In this document: positions 1 through 12,600 of the stretch, in pieces | How positions within the stretch are numbered: position 1 is the stretch's first letter | How the letters are laid out: each line of letters begins with the position of its first letter | Assembly (NCBI GenBank): GCA_002633005.1 | Contig: NMRA01000124.1 | Span: forward strand, 513,814 to 577,813 | DNA from: Phoronis australis | Taxonomy: Eukaryota > Animalia > Phoronida | Direction: 5' to 3' | Length of the DNA: 64,000 bases | The notes under the pieces: model-generated | Database searches by the model: none | Told to the model about the DNA's origin: nothing | The model's input: the letters and a program-made list of their open reading frames with translations, nothing else | Position numbers and translations under genes: made by a program

Positions 1-474
1 ATTACTTTCCTTGAAACAGTGAAGTAGGTGATATTGACGGGTAACTCCTTTGGTTCTCATCTCTGCTACTTTTTAATGACCTTTGTTGCATAAATGTAGA
101 CAGAAACGCCGTTTGCGCAATTGCGTGAAATCACTTTCCGAAAAGCATGGTTAGTTGTGTAAAGCAAGAGTCCAGCGAAAGAAGCTAGTATGACCACGTA
201 CCTAGTTTGTAGTACATGGCGATATCTGTTGCGTGAACTTGCGTTTTCGCGATGTTCTGGCGTTTATGGAACGCAGGGTGGCAGATCTTTCTATAGTTCA
301 TCATTTTATGTACGTATGAATGGAACCGTATACGGCGGAACGACCAAATGCAATAACAGCTGATAACATACTAAGATAATGTACCGGAAATATAACAAGA
401 GCAACACTGGTGCATTGACCGTAAATGAGGTCACAATTAAATCAATGTTACATCTGCAACCAATTTACATGTAC

Positions 475-661
475 CTTGATAGTTCCTCGTTCACACGGTT
501 GGCTGCACACTGATTCAATCGTAGGTTGTCCCTTGGGCCAGTAAATCTTGGTTTCGCCATCCATTCTAAGTTTGCCACTGTCCCAACGGCCAACACGTTC
601 GTAATCATAGAAAATTGTATTGTTTCGTCCGATTTTCCTCTGGTAGTTCATTATATCGTAT
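475..661 (-). CDS. GRM1/5: mGluR coding exon 5 (RYDIMNYQ...SVCSQPCERGTIK; start of cysteine-rich domain)
   Basis: Acceptor catttcag| at 662/661 and donor AAG|gtacat at 475/474. Overlaps ORF 448..651. Confidence 0.92.
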
Positions 662-3600
662 CTGAAATGATTTTACTTTTAATGTATAGTTCGTGTCATG
701 GGAGGCGCTGCACCGAAATAAGTGGGGAGCTATAGAACGCCCCCCACCCCCGACCCCCTATGGTGCCCCGCCCATGGTTCGTGTCCAAGGCTCAAAATTC
801 AATTGAAGAGAAACTACTCTAAACTCTACGAAACTGTAGAACTAACTAATTTCAAGACAGCAAATTATATTTGAACCTCATCCAATTTTCACAAAATTCG
901 CGGAGCAACATTACCTAAATCGTTAGTCCTTCATTGAAAAATGGCAAACAGCGGATAAGCCGTCAAACTGAGTTGACATCGTCATAGATATCATTTAAAG
1001 CCCTTGTGCACTCTCCTATACCACAAAAAATAATATTTGAAGTACTTTATTAACCACTTGTTTCTCACTTGGTTGATTTACCTCAAACTCAAAACCTTGG
1101 CATTTTTTGTAAATAATATGCAATCAACATGTCCACAATGAATCTTCACAAAACCAAACCTTGTGAGGAATGATTCCGAGCTGTCAACATCACTTCCGGA
1201 GTGACGCGTACATAATTAATTAAAAGCCGGTAGATTAACTAACATGAATATTTCTTAACGATAACTAGAAAATCGTATTGAGCAAAAACAGCACTACTGA
1301 AAAACGTTGTCCTCCCCTTTAAGCGTGCAAAGAACTGAGAATGTTCTACACATGATTATAAGAAAATATAGTGGAACACGCGTACCTGCCTGGTGGGTCA
1401 CCATTTTTATTGAACATCAGGCTGTCGTTGCTATACGTCATGAAAGAGACGTTGAAAAGGTACTGCAGAAATAACGACCCATTCACTGGGCTCATTGCGT
1501 CGCAGATTCCCACGTGACCTTTGCAGAGGTCCTGCTGCATGTTGTGTAGTGCGTACGCCATCGTATAAATGGCGTTTATAACGAATCCAAGCTTGCCATC
1601 TTGCTTGTAATCGTCGCGATCTAATATTTTTCCTGCAAATGAACATTTCTGAAAGTAAAACTTATATACAACGGTTTTGATATCGACTAAAAAAGGCTTC
1701 GGCAAACTTCAAACCTAGTGTTGTTTTTCAAATTTTGATATTTTGTTTTTGGCATATAAAATATTTTAAGTATGCAAATTACTTTTTCCGTTACAACAAC
1801 TCAAACAGTACTTCTAACAAATTATGAAATTTAAACGAGTAACTAAAACGTCACCACTAATTAGCATCTTTAACTTGTTTGCATTATTCAATCAGTACTT
1901 TAATTATTTCTCCCCACAACTGATGTAAAATACAAATGATGGATCTTTTTGCTACCGGGATTTTCCGTAGATAAGCCCATGAGCGTTTTAGTAACACCAA
2001 ATAAATGCCTAGGCGTTTATTCTGTAAAGGGGAGCGTGTAAACGGAAAGTAATAGTTTTGGCTACGTAAAGGGCAGCATGAAGATGTACTCTTGTAAGTG
2101 AAACAGCCCTTAAGGGTGGATTGGTAGTCCTTCAAAGGACTGCTGTGAATACCTTTATACCTGTTAACAATTGTGTAACAGTCAATCAATATGTGCCAAG
2201 TGGAACAAGAAAAATAATGTGCAAGATACTTCCAGACCTCCTTGTGGGATTTTAAGAGGAAATTTTCCGAATAAACACCGCACTATCTGGACACTTGACA
2301 CCAGAAGTTGTAACACCAAAAACAAACGTCAATAATACCTGTAGACGTTCATTCGGCATAATTTTTCAAATAAACGCTCACGGGCGTTTCATCGGGTGGG
2401 CTTATCTACAGAAAGTCCCGGTACGGCTCTTTCACGCGTTCCTAAAAAGTTTATTCAGGAGAAACTTTCTGTTTTGCGACCAGGAACCAAGATCCAATCT
2501 CAGAATTGAGACTTAATCCATTCAGACTCAGACTAAAAACTTTTGCAACTTTACTCGAAGCGTGTCATGCAATTGGTCTCAGGACAGATCGGGACTGGGA
2601 AATCCCAAGTAACCGCAGAACATTGCAAACGAAAAGGCAGTTTGTGCCAGTAATTTTTTTCGGAATAAACATTTACCAAAAACGTTGGTAAGACTTTTAT
2701 AAACTTTTGAAAAAAGATCGGTTTGCATAGAACAAATCAGTATAATTCGGCAGCAGCCTTCGTTTATACAAACTGCGATAAAATCACGACTAGACTTTTT
2801 GTTTGCAAGCTTGATACTAGTACGTTCGTAATTTCGGAACAGTCACTTTTCTTCAGGTGTGCAGGTATGTAGTAAAACACAGAGAGACATAACAAACAAA
2901 ACACTAGCTATATTTCGAGATTGCATGTCTCATCATCAGGCAGTAAGTGGAATGAACATAAACATAGCGAAATAAACAGTGTAATACACGTGACAGCGGG
3001 AAGAGGGGCATACAAGCAGAAAGTGTGACTGCAACACACGGTAGAAAGCCCGCAACTCTATCGAAACAGGGCCAGCGTGCGGCACCCACCTGTGAGCTCC
3101 TCACTCAACACACTTTTTTGTGACTTATTGCCTGTTGATGAGACATGCATTCTCGAATTATAGCTACTATTTTAATCTGTCTGTTTGTTATGTCTCCTGG
3201 AGTTTTACTACAAACCTGCACACCTAACGAAAGGAGGCTCTACGAGCGTACCAGTATCAATCTTGCAAACAAAATGTCTAGTCGTGTTTTTAACCTGGTA
3301 CCGTGATCTACTCAATGGTACGAGATTTCTACTTTTATTGATATCAATTCTATCTTTGTAGGTATTTGGCTTAAAATTTACGGAGACTTGCTCTGCTTAA
3401 CTAAATGAGAACTTCTACAAACCTGAACATTTTTCCTTGTAAGCTATATTTTTTTCCGGACCTTCTAAGTGGCAGCTGAACTCTTCCTGCCAAAACTGTT
3501 TGAACCATGGATTCCACTTGTTGTTTTCAGGAGTCAACGAGAAATAGTGATCATCAAACCAACTTAAAGGTGGCGAGTAGAGACGAATAGAAATCCCTCC

Positions 3601-6600
3601 CGCGGCAGCTTCGTGCACGTCCTCCACTACGTCCGGTCTATCATTCCACCCGTCACTAGAAAATATGAATGACTTGTAGTGAAATGAGCAATGAAGATTT
3701 TTTAAATCTCAGAAGCTTTAGGGCATAATCACCAGGAACTAAGGGGTGTTATAGTTCAACGCCGGTCCTATAAAAGTAAACTCCCAAAGTTTAAAAATAT
3801 GATTTTGGAAGTTGTACAATGTCTAATGGACTGTGGGAAAGGAATGATGCAACATTACTCTCCCGAGGTTCACGTGACCAAGGCTCAGGGTTTAGCTAAT
3901 CTAAATTACTCAAAATCGAAAAAATAGATGATATTTTCACAGTGGGAGCTAATAGCACGATCAGACGTGTAGAAAGCTAGACTACTTGCTTACAACTTAT
4001 TCTACAGATTCACTTTATTTCTATTTTGCCTAAATTTTCAATTGCCTTGGAGTAAAAACATTTTTAACAAGTATAACTCGGCGTTTCGGCTTAAAAGGTC
4101 TCGACCTGCGACCCCGGGCCTCTGACATAGAAAGTACAGTAGTCACAAAGCCGAGGTGAGTCGAGAAAGGTAGATCGATTCATTGAAATGTTTATCCTTC
4201 GGTATGAGATATATATAGATTATTACATGGCGAAGTCGTTATCCCCCGTATTCTAGAGCCCGAGTGGATTTTGGAGAATAATCGCCCAAAGGGGCGTTAG
4301 CCCCGAGGGTGATAATTCTCCAAAATCCACGAGGGTTCTAGATAAGGAGGATAACGACTGAGAACATGTAATAATCTATTTATACCACATACTGAACGAG
4401 AAACATTGCACTGAATCGATCTACCTTTTTCGACTCGCCTCGGCCTTGTAACTACTTTCTATGTCAGAGGCCCGGGGTCGGAGGTCGTGACCTTTTAAGA
4501 AAAGCCGAGCTATTTTTGTCAAATAATGCTTTTACTCCAAACCAATTAAGAATTTAAAAAAATAGAAATAAAGTGAATCTATAAATTAAGGTTTGGCAAC
4601 TATTATAAATTATTACACATTTTATCACGCTAAGCTTCGACCGTGAAAATATCGTCTGCTAAAGTAGGTTACCACTAGTAACTGACTATAATGCTCAAGT
4701 CAGAGGATCCCGACGACACGCATTCAAATTGGAGATAGGTGATTTACAAGTGAGAGAACATGAGAGAAAAATTTCACTAAATTAAAATATCGTTTATATG
4801 AAAATTATGAGTCTTACTTTTCATAGCGTATAAATGTCGGTACAGTGCGCTTTGTTGAACATGCGATTATTGCGCGTGCTCATTTAAGTTTTCTATTTTC
4901 ACGTTCGATGACATTAGCCGCTGAGTGGTGCAGTTGTAAAGTCGACGACCCGAAACTCTTGCGGCCCGGGTTCAAAACTAAATGGGTTATTACACGTCGG
5001 TTGTATTGGCCGTTCGAGGGTCATATTGTGGTATAAAACTAGATTGTTACATGTTCTCAGTCGTTATCTCCCTTATCTAGAGCCCTCGTAGATTTTGTAG
5101 AATTATCGGCCAAGGGACGTTTACCCCCGGGCGATAATTCTCGGGCTCCAGATTACGGGTGATAACGACTTCGCCATGTAATAATCTATATTTATACCGT
5201 GCTCGACTACATAATAATTACTAAGATGAGTGTCTAGTTCATTCAAATGTGAACTTAGGGACCTAAAGATTCGAGCTACACACCCACATAGCAATTTGAG
5301 ATTTGAAGTAAAACTCGAGATTTCCAATTCAGACACGAGCTTTAGTGCTGCGGAGCCTTGGTTGCGGGCGAAAGCTAACAAATAGTGTTCGGTATTACGA
5401 ATTTTCTGTTAGTAATAAATAAGGTTACAAAAGCACAACTCGGCAATATGATCGGCACAAGGTTTTTGGCTTATAGTTGAGACGAATGATGATATATTTT
5501 CACCACCCCTTCTCGGCTAGCCTAACTCTCTGCTTGAGGAACTTAGGGAATATATGTAGTGTTTTGTTAACCGTGATGCAATTGTAATGCTCTTCAACAT
5601 TTTTCAACACAAATGTGGTCACGTGACCTGTACTTTTTCACGTGTGGCTGGTCGCCCGCTATAATATACTCGTGCACAGAATTACTGACAATTATTTTGA
5701 GTTCGTATTCAAAGAAAAGGAAATGCCAAAAAATCGAGTTTGAGTAAAATAACTAAACCACAGGCCCTGATATGCTCAAGGAATCGGCTTGTATTTGTAC
5801 ATGTACATGTTTATGCGCGCACCCAGGGGGCTCGCGGGGAGCTCGTCTTGAGCCGAAGTCGGCAAAAAGGTCCGCCTCAGAGAAACAAAAAGTCCGAAAA
5901 AGTAAAAAAAGCTAGACAAAAGTCCACTAAAAAGACAGGAAGTACCAAAATTCGGCGTATTTACAATTAAAAGCTCTGAACGGTTCCCTGTCTTTTACAA
6001 GAAGGTCCACATTGTCAAAAATTCGACCATCCCCCGCATTTTAGGCAGGGTGAGCGCATGATATACAACGTTCTTTCCTCTGATTTCTGTGTGTTATTGG
6101 CATGTTTGTAACTTCTATGATATACCGAAATCGTCTGCTCGTTTTTGTTCAGGGGTTTATAGTATCCGCCGTCTGATTGGCCAAAGCGCAAGCTTCTAAA
6201 GTCCGAGCGGCATGAATGAAATGGTATTCCACGATTCGGTAGCCGGTTGACAGAACCTCACAGCGGAAGTTTTAGAAGCACATGTATCAGTGCATGGCAA
6301 AGTGATTGCTCAGTGCCGGTTCACCCCCGCAAAAACCAGTCGAGTACATACCCGGGTCATCTGGGCATATCCAGCAAGAATTGTAGAAGTACCGTTTCGA
6401 CGACATATTGCGCTACTAATTTCCGACTGAGTACAGGAATTATTTGTTTACCTTCCTACAAACAGAAAGTGACCCCGAATGCCCAATCTGTCGGTAGACT
6501 GTAATAACTTGCGCACTGTGTCCCCCTGGCAGAAACAAAGTACAACATTTGCTGTCTTGGTGACCTTCAAAGCTTTAATGACTGCGTCAACCTCATCGTT

Positions 6601-9600
6601 GGTCGCCGTGGGCGACACCTCTTGGTTTGATGCTATGCAAGCTTGGCCGTCTTTTTTGATGATGTTCTTCAGTTCCTGAATGCCACTTTCACCATATATG
6701 CCTGCAAGAAAGTGATAAATTTACCGAAGAGAACGGAAGCGCGCAATTGAATGATTATAACACACTGCTCTTGGGCAACTTCTTCATGGTAACACTTTGG
6801 AAGATATTCTAAATTTTCAAACAAATTCCAAATTCTGCTATTCCGACCATTTAAAAACGAAAACAAAAGCACACAATGCGGGACTACCCGACGAACAACA
6901 AGTGTAGAGCCATAACTCCCTGTTTACACACTCAGAGGGTCGTATAAACTTCTTAAACGACGTAGTATACGGCACTAAGGCTGCGCTGGTAACAATCCAA
7001 CAGGGATTATTACCAGCGGATTACACAGCGATAGAACTTTTCTTTTCTTGGAGGTTAGAAAGCGCATTGACATCGCAACACTGGCTGCAGTATAGTATAG
7101 ACATTAAGTCAGACGTTGTTTGAGTAGACTTGCGAACATACGGTCGAAATTAATAACGTAATGAACTCGAACCAATCTTCAGTCTATTGTCGCACCGAAA
7201 GTTATGAAAACACCGGTCGGTAACACCCTGCGCTCACCCATCTACGAGATAAAACGGCGTGACACGTCGGAAAGAAGAAACGGTCGAGTTGTATGGTCGC
7301 GAAAATATTCCCGATTTCAACCGTTCAAAAGTACCGGAAACTGAAAGAAATGTATATTCAAGACAGAGAATTCTATTCGGTTCAGAAGTAACCTGACGAA
7401 TACTTCATCCATTCCGTCAGCATTTTTAAAATTCATTGGTGTCCGAAAGGCGACGAACTTAACATCACACATCTGTGGATGTTTCTCAAGCTTATCCAAC
7501 TTTCTCCCCTCTGAGTTGCACCCACAGCATAGCAGTAATATTTTGTTGAATGGACGAATGGAGTAAAGCAGCCGAGAAAAACTTGACTCGTCGACGGCAA
7601 AGAGCAAGTGCATCACCAACAAAATCTTTGTCACCAATAGCACGAAAGCGAGGCAACAAAAGCACTTGACGGACATTGCGGCGTTTACCGGGTAAATACA
7701 CGAGATTCAAGTGTCGCAGTGTAATCCGGTGCGGCACTATTGTCACACGGCTTCACCTGATCAAAGTCGGACGTGTCTATCTTAAGCAACATATCGCATG
7801 GGACTTTTAGCTGGAAAAGGCGTGCCGAAACGCCTGTCTGCACTCTCATTAGCCGTATACGACAGTCCCATTCAAAAAATTGGTGTGCAGACAGCCCCAG
7901 CACACAGAATCAAACAGTGTAACTCTTGAAATTATGGCTTTGTCACAAACAAATAAGAATCCCTGCAAAGAACTAAAAACAATGCTTCAAGCATAACATT
8001 AGCTGAAAGCAAAAGCCGGGTCGTGGTTTTGTTGTCCTCATAGCGCGCTTCGCACAGGAAATACACTCGGAAAACGAGGCTTGCTGGATTCGCTTAATGG
8101 TCTAGCTTAGGTTTTGCATTTACTATAGGATTTTTAATACCACGGCATCGTTCAAACGATATCTTAAGATACTTTTTTCCGGTTTGATTCAGTTAAACAC
8201 TGCATAACAAAATTTGACCACAAATCACTTTAGTCGAAACTTATTCCTAAAAGGCACTATTTCAACAAATAAACACATATTTTCAAAATAAACAGAATCT
8301 AATGTGGGACTTTCAGAACAACATTTGAATATTGCTGGTGGTGTATCCAAAAAATCGTCACTGTTGAAAGCCAGTGAACACCACTGATACGCAATAAAAG
8401 GTAACAATTTCGTAAAATGTAACAACAACGCATTTTTACGGAGAATTCAATTTCGGAAGCCAATTTGATAGTCCTATTACTTATATCACAAACAATACCG
8501 TACTTGTCGTCCATAGTTCAGAAATTCCATGTTCTAAATTGGTGAAAAAAGGGAAAGGGTATATTTAAAAAGAAAACCAACGATAGCAATAATGGAATTT
8601 TATTACTGATGACCTGTCCGTGTATCAATGCAATGCTTACTTAAAACGTCACTACATTCCGTATGAACGCAAAATCATACTGACATTATTATTCTTAAGC
8701 TGCTGACACCGTTTCCATCGCATTTATCACATTTAGATATAATATATAGAAATGACACCAACTACGCGTTTAGAATAAATAAGCGGAAAATCATCTAGTA
8801 GTCTAGTTTACATTGTTTACTCCGATATGTGTGCGTGTGCGTGTGCTTGTGTGTGTGATTGAGACTTTATTGCATGAGATATGTTATGCCAGTGAATGTT
8901 AATTATGTACGACAGCTTGAGTGGCAGACTGTCCACTTGCATCATGTCTATTTTCGACTACTGCGTCCGTAATGCATTCACACGCATGATGGATTACTTT
9001 TTGCTTACCCTGAAATCCATCAAGGTGGGCTCTCCTAAGAAATTCTAACAGGCATGCAATTCAAATTCATCTCAGCCCATTGTAGGGGTAAATTAGTGTC
9101 AATATTATCAAAACACATCCCAGAATCCAGGTCGAAAAAAGTCTTCGCCACCATTATCATTCCGGACTCGGCTATTCAGAATCTCTAGGGGCAATAAAAC
9201 AACTATCTTCTCAGCCAAGATCACAAACCTCTAACTAAGTTGTGTTTAGCTACATTTTCCAATTGGGACGCCATTGAATGACTAAGAGCAGGGTTCATAA
9301 AGAACTGCTTTCACTGACCTAGCATGACACTTTCAAAAGGCCTATTGTTTGAGTGATTTAAAACCAACTGCAAAATTCTAAGCCACTACGCGGACTAATT
9401 ACCCACTCTAAACTCCAAATGTGGCGGTACACAGCTGCACTTACTTTGGCGACTTGTAAAAAGCTTTGGATATAGGTAACAACACCCAACTTCTTTGTAC
9501 GTCGAAATCTCATTTGTGTTCTACTCTGTTTGCCATATGATTAAACATAACTCGATATAAACCATAAAATTGCATGAAACACAACTAACGCAGTGAGTTC

Positions 9601-12600
9601 TAATGAAGCGCAGACGATGGAAGTCGTTTAAAGGTTTTTTAAATAAGATCCATTTTCTAAGACACCCTGAAAATGAAAAATCAGCATGCAATGGAATTTT
9701 GATATTCTTTCTTTCTCGTGCAACTGAATTAAAACCATTAAAGCCAATAGTAAAAAATCAACTCTACATGTGCTCTTTAAGCAGAACACAAATATCAGAA
9801 CTCTTACAATAACCTTTTCATGTTCTTATTCACTGCCTGATGTCCCTGAGAAAGTCATCGAGTATTACCATATGACTGAAAAAGGCGTAAGAACGCGGAA
9901 CCACTGCTTCTTACTCAAATTTTGAAGATAAGGAAAGGACCTTACAGTACCCCTCGGAAATTGTTATACAATGTTTTCAATAAGTCTTTAGAGGCACGAC
10001 ATTCACTTTTACGCAACCTGGAGTGAATCTGCATTATCAAAGTCAAATCCTGTAAATTACATCAGTTTTTGGCCATAGTAGAGTCAAAAAACGGACAATC
10101 GCCGCACAAATAAAAACATTCATGTTGATTCGACGTTTCGTCTATTCATTATCATCAGGTTACATACAAAAAGACACCAAGTGTTGACAAACCAGTCAGC
10201 TAACATTCATGTAGTGAAATGAATGTAACAAGAAATACAGGGAATAGTCCATAGGTCCTCACCATAGCTGTAGGGTCACTGAGCTCTGCACGTTATTCAC
10301 TACGTGGATGTAACCTGACTGGTTTGTCGACATTTGATGTCTAATTGTATGTAACCTGATGATGTCTAAGAAATAGAAGAAACGTAAAATCAGTATGAAC
10401 TTTTTTATTTGTGCGGCGATGGTCTGTTTTTTGAAAACCTGTCAATTTTTTTGTGTCGCCTACTGCATGACACGTAATATGACAAGAGATAGACTGCACT
10501 TGACTGTCTACGCCGGTTTCGCCGGGACATCAGGCCAAGACACCTGATTGGTTCTCAGTGACGACTTCCGGTCTACAAACCGAGGCGATGTCTTAGATTG
10601 TTGACCTGGCGAAACCAGTGAAGTCAATCAAGTACAGCCTATATCGATATTGGTGATGCAAAAACGTGAAATTATATTATTTCCGGTTTCAGGCGTCTTC
10701 AAATTAAAAATTTTAAATGACATTACTTTCAGTCTACGGATTTCTTGCTATTCAACATTAAAATATTGATTTTGCAATTTACCTAACCTTTAAAACAACG
10801 ACGTTAACTTTGGGCACAAAAGAAGTCATCTTAACGATTTGCGGTAGCATTTAAAAGGAAGCAGACAATACACGTGACACCGTTTATGTCATTTTGGTCT
10901 TGTTCTGCACACAGTAATTTGTTTTAAGACAGCTCTACAATGTGTCGCATAAGGTTTGCAACAATGCTCTGCGCACAAGCACAAGCGCTGTTTACGAGGA
11001 GAGTGGCCATGTAAAGGTGTCGTCATTATTTAGCGGCACTAACGTAGAGCAAAAAAGACAACTATTGTGTAGAGAAGACCAATCGGTGCCCTTGTGGGAA
11101 AGGACAGCCTCTGCTCCTGAGTAACTCGACGTCATTCTCATGAATGAACTAAAATAGACCGGAGCTTCCAACTAGTCTAGTTAACTGGCTGCGTGCTTTC
11201 AATCGAGCTATCGGCAATTGGGATACTGCTTGACAAGTGAAGTGCGAATTGTACATGCTTACAAAATGCACCAGATTCCACGACAACTAGACGAATCGGT
11301 ATATTTCTTTCCCTAACTCGCATCATATTGTCCAGCAATTAGAATATCGATTCACAAATTATATGCTATACCAGTATGTATGACAAATTAGTAGCATTTG
11401 AATTATGAAGTTCCTGTCGCCGACGTATACTAGTCTATTTCTTTTGGCAAAGAACAACCCTGAGGCCTGACGAATTGAAACCGAATGTCATAAGGGGTGT
11501 AGCAATTGTTGAAATATGCCCAAAACTGGTTACTGTAATTGTCTCCAAATTGGAACAGCCACTAGGGGATGCTCTAATCCTTCCGACTGGTGGCAAGGCA
11601 TTGGCGTCACGTACCACCGTGTCAAATTTCATTGAAATCTATGAATGGGTTATCTTAATATCAATCGGAAACATCTTATCTCTATGTTCTAACGGAAGTC
11701 AACACACAGTGGTACCTAGCTGTATTTCGGCGATAGTCTTTAAACAGCTAGCTGGCTGGTTACAAGATCTGCAGTGCCCACTTCGATGTTTTGAGATGCT
11801 GTTCCGGCCCGGCGTATCGGGAATCCGGCCCAAATCGGAATATTCTGATTTGGGCCGTTCCGTAACGGAATTCTGATACGGCCGGCCCATATCGGCCGTA
11901 TATTTTTTCATTGAATTCAAAACGTTAAATTGAATACAAATCCTTATAATTCGGTATGTTTTCATACAATCGAGACTTCGTTGCATAGTTTTAATATATT
12001 ACAGATACTCACAACGTTGTGTTGCTATTAAATTTTCAATCTTTGTGCAAGTGAGGTTGACCGAGTATATATTCCAAGTGGCGGTGACTACGGGTTGCAG
12101 GATTTCAAGGCAAATTATTTTCAACATTAAGTTTCTAATTTTTGATGAATTTGAATATAATTGCTTTGTACGAAAAGATCAAGCTATATATGTGTTTTCC
12201 TCGTATTTTGCACCAAATAAAACGGCCTATTGTCGTCGATTTCCATACGGGACACACACTCGACAGCGGCCCGTATCGGAATCGCACAGCGTTCACACCT
12301 TCGGCTTCAAGAAGACACGAATGTAAAGTTCCTAACATCAAACTTTTTGTATGAAGCAAAATATACTTTATAATAAACATTGTGAAATTGTCTGTTTTTT
12401 TCGACTATTTAGGCGACTCCAGTCATCCTACCCGGGATTCCCATACGGGCTCTTGGTGAATTTGAATATTAATTGACATGAAATGAACAATTAATGCGTT
12501 GGCTTGATTTCCCAGGTATTTTTCACAAATTAAAACGGCCAGTCGTCGCTAATTCCAACACGATGGAGACACAGTGAAAGCCATAGTCGTGGTGTCGATG

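Noticed and set aside
6950-8170. Cluster of ORFs (7317-7903), possibly a decayed transposon accessory gene
   Set aside because: Only vague basic and Cys-containing stretches and poor terminal repeats. Not assignable.
11435-11986. 133-aa and 95-aa ORFs
   Set aside because: They overlap a GC-rich palindromic repeat end (about 11800-11900) and show no domain. The shared RPKSEYSDLGR peptide on both strands simply reflects the palindrome.
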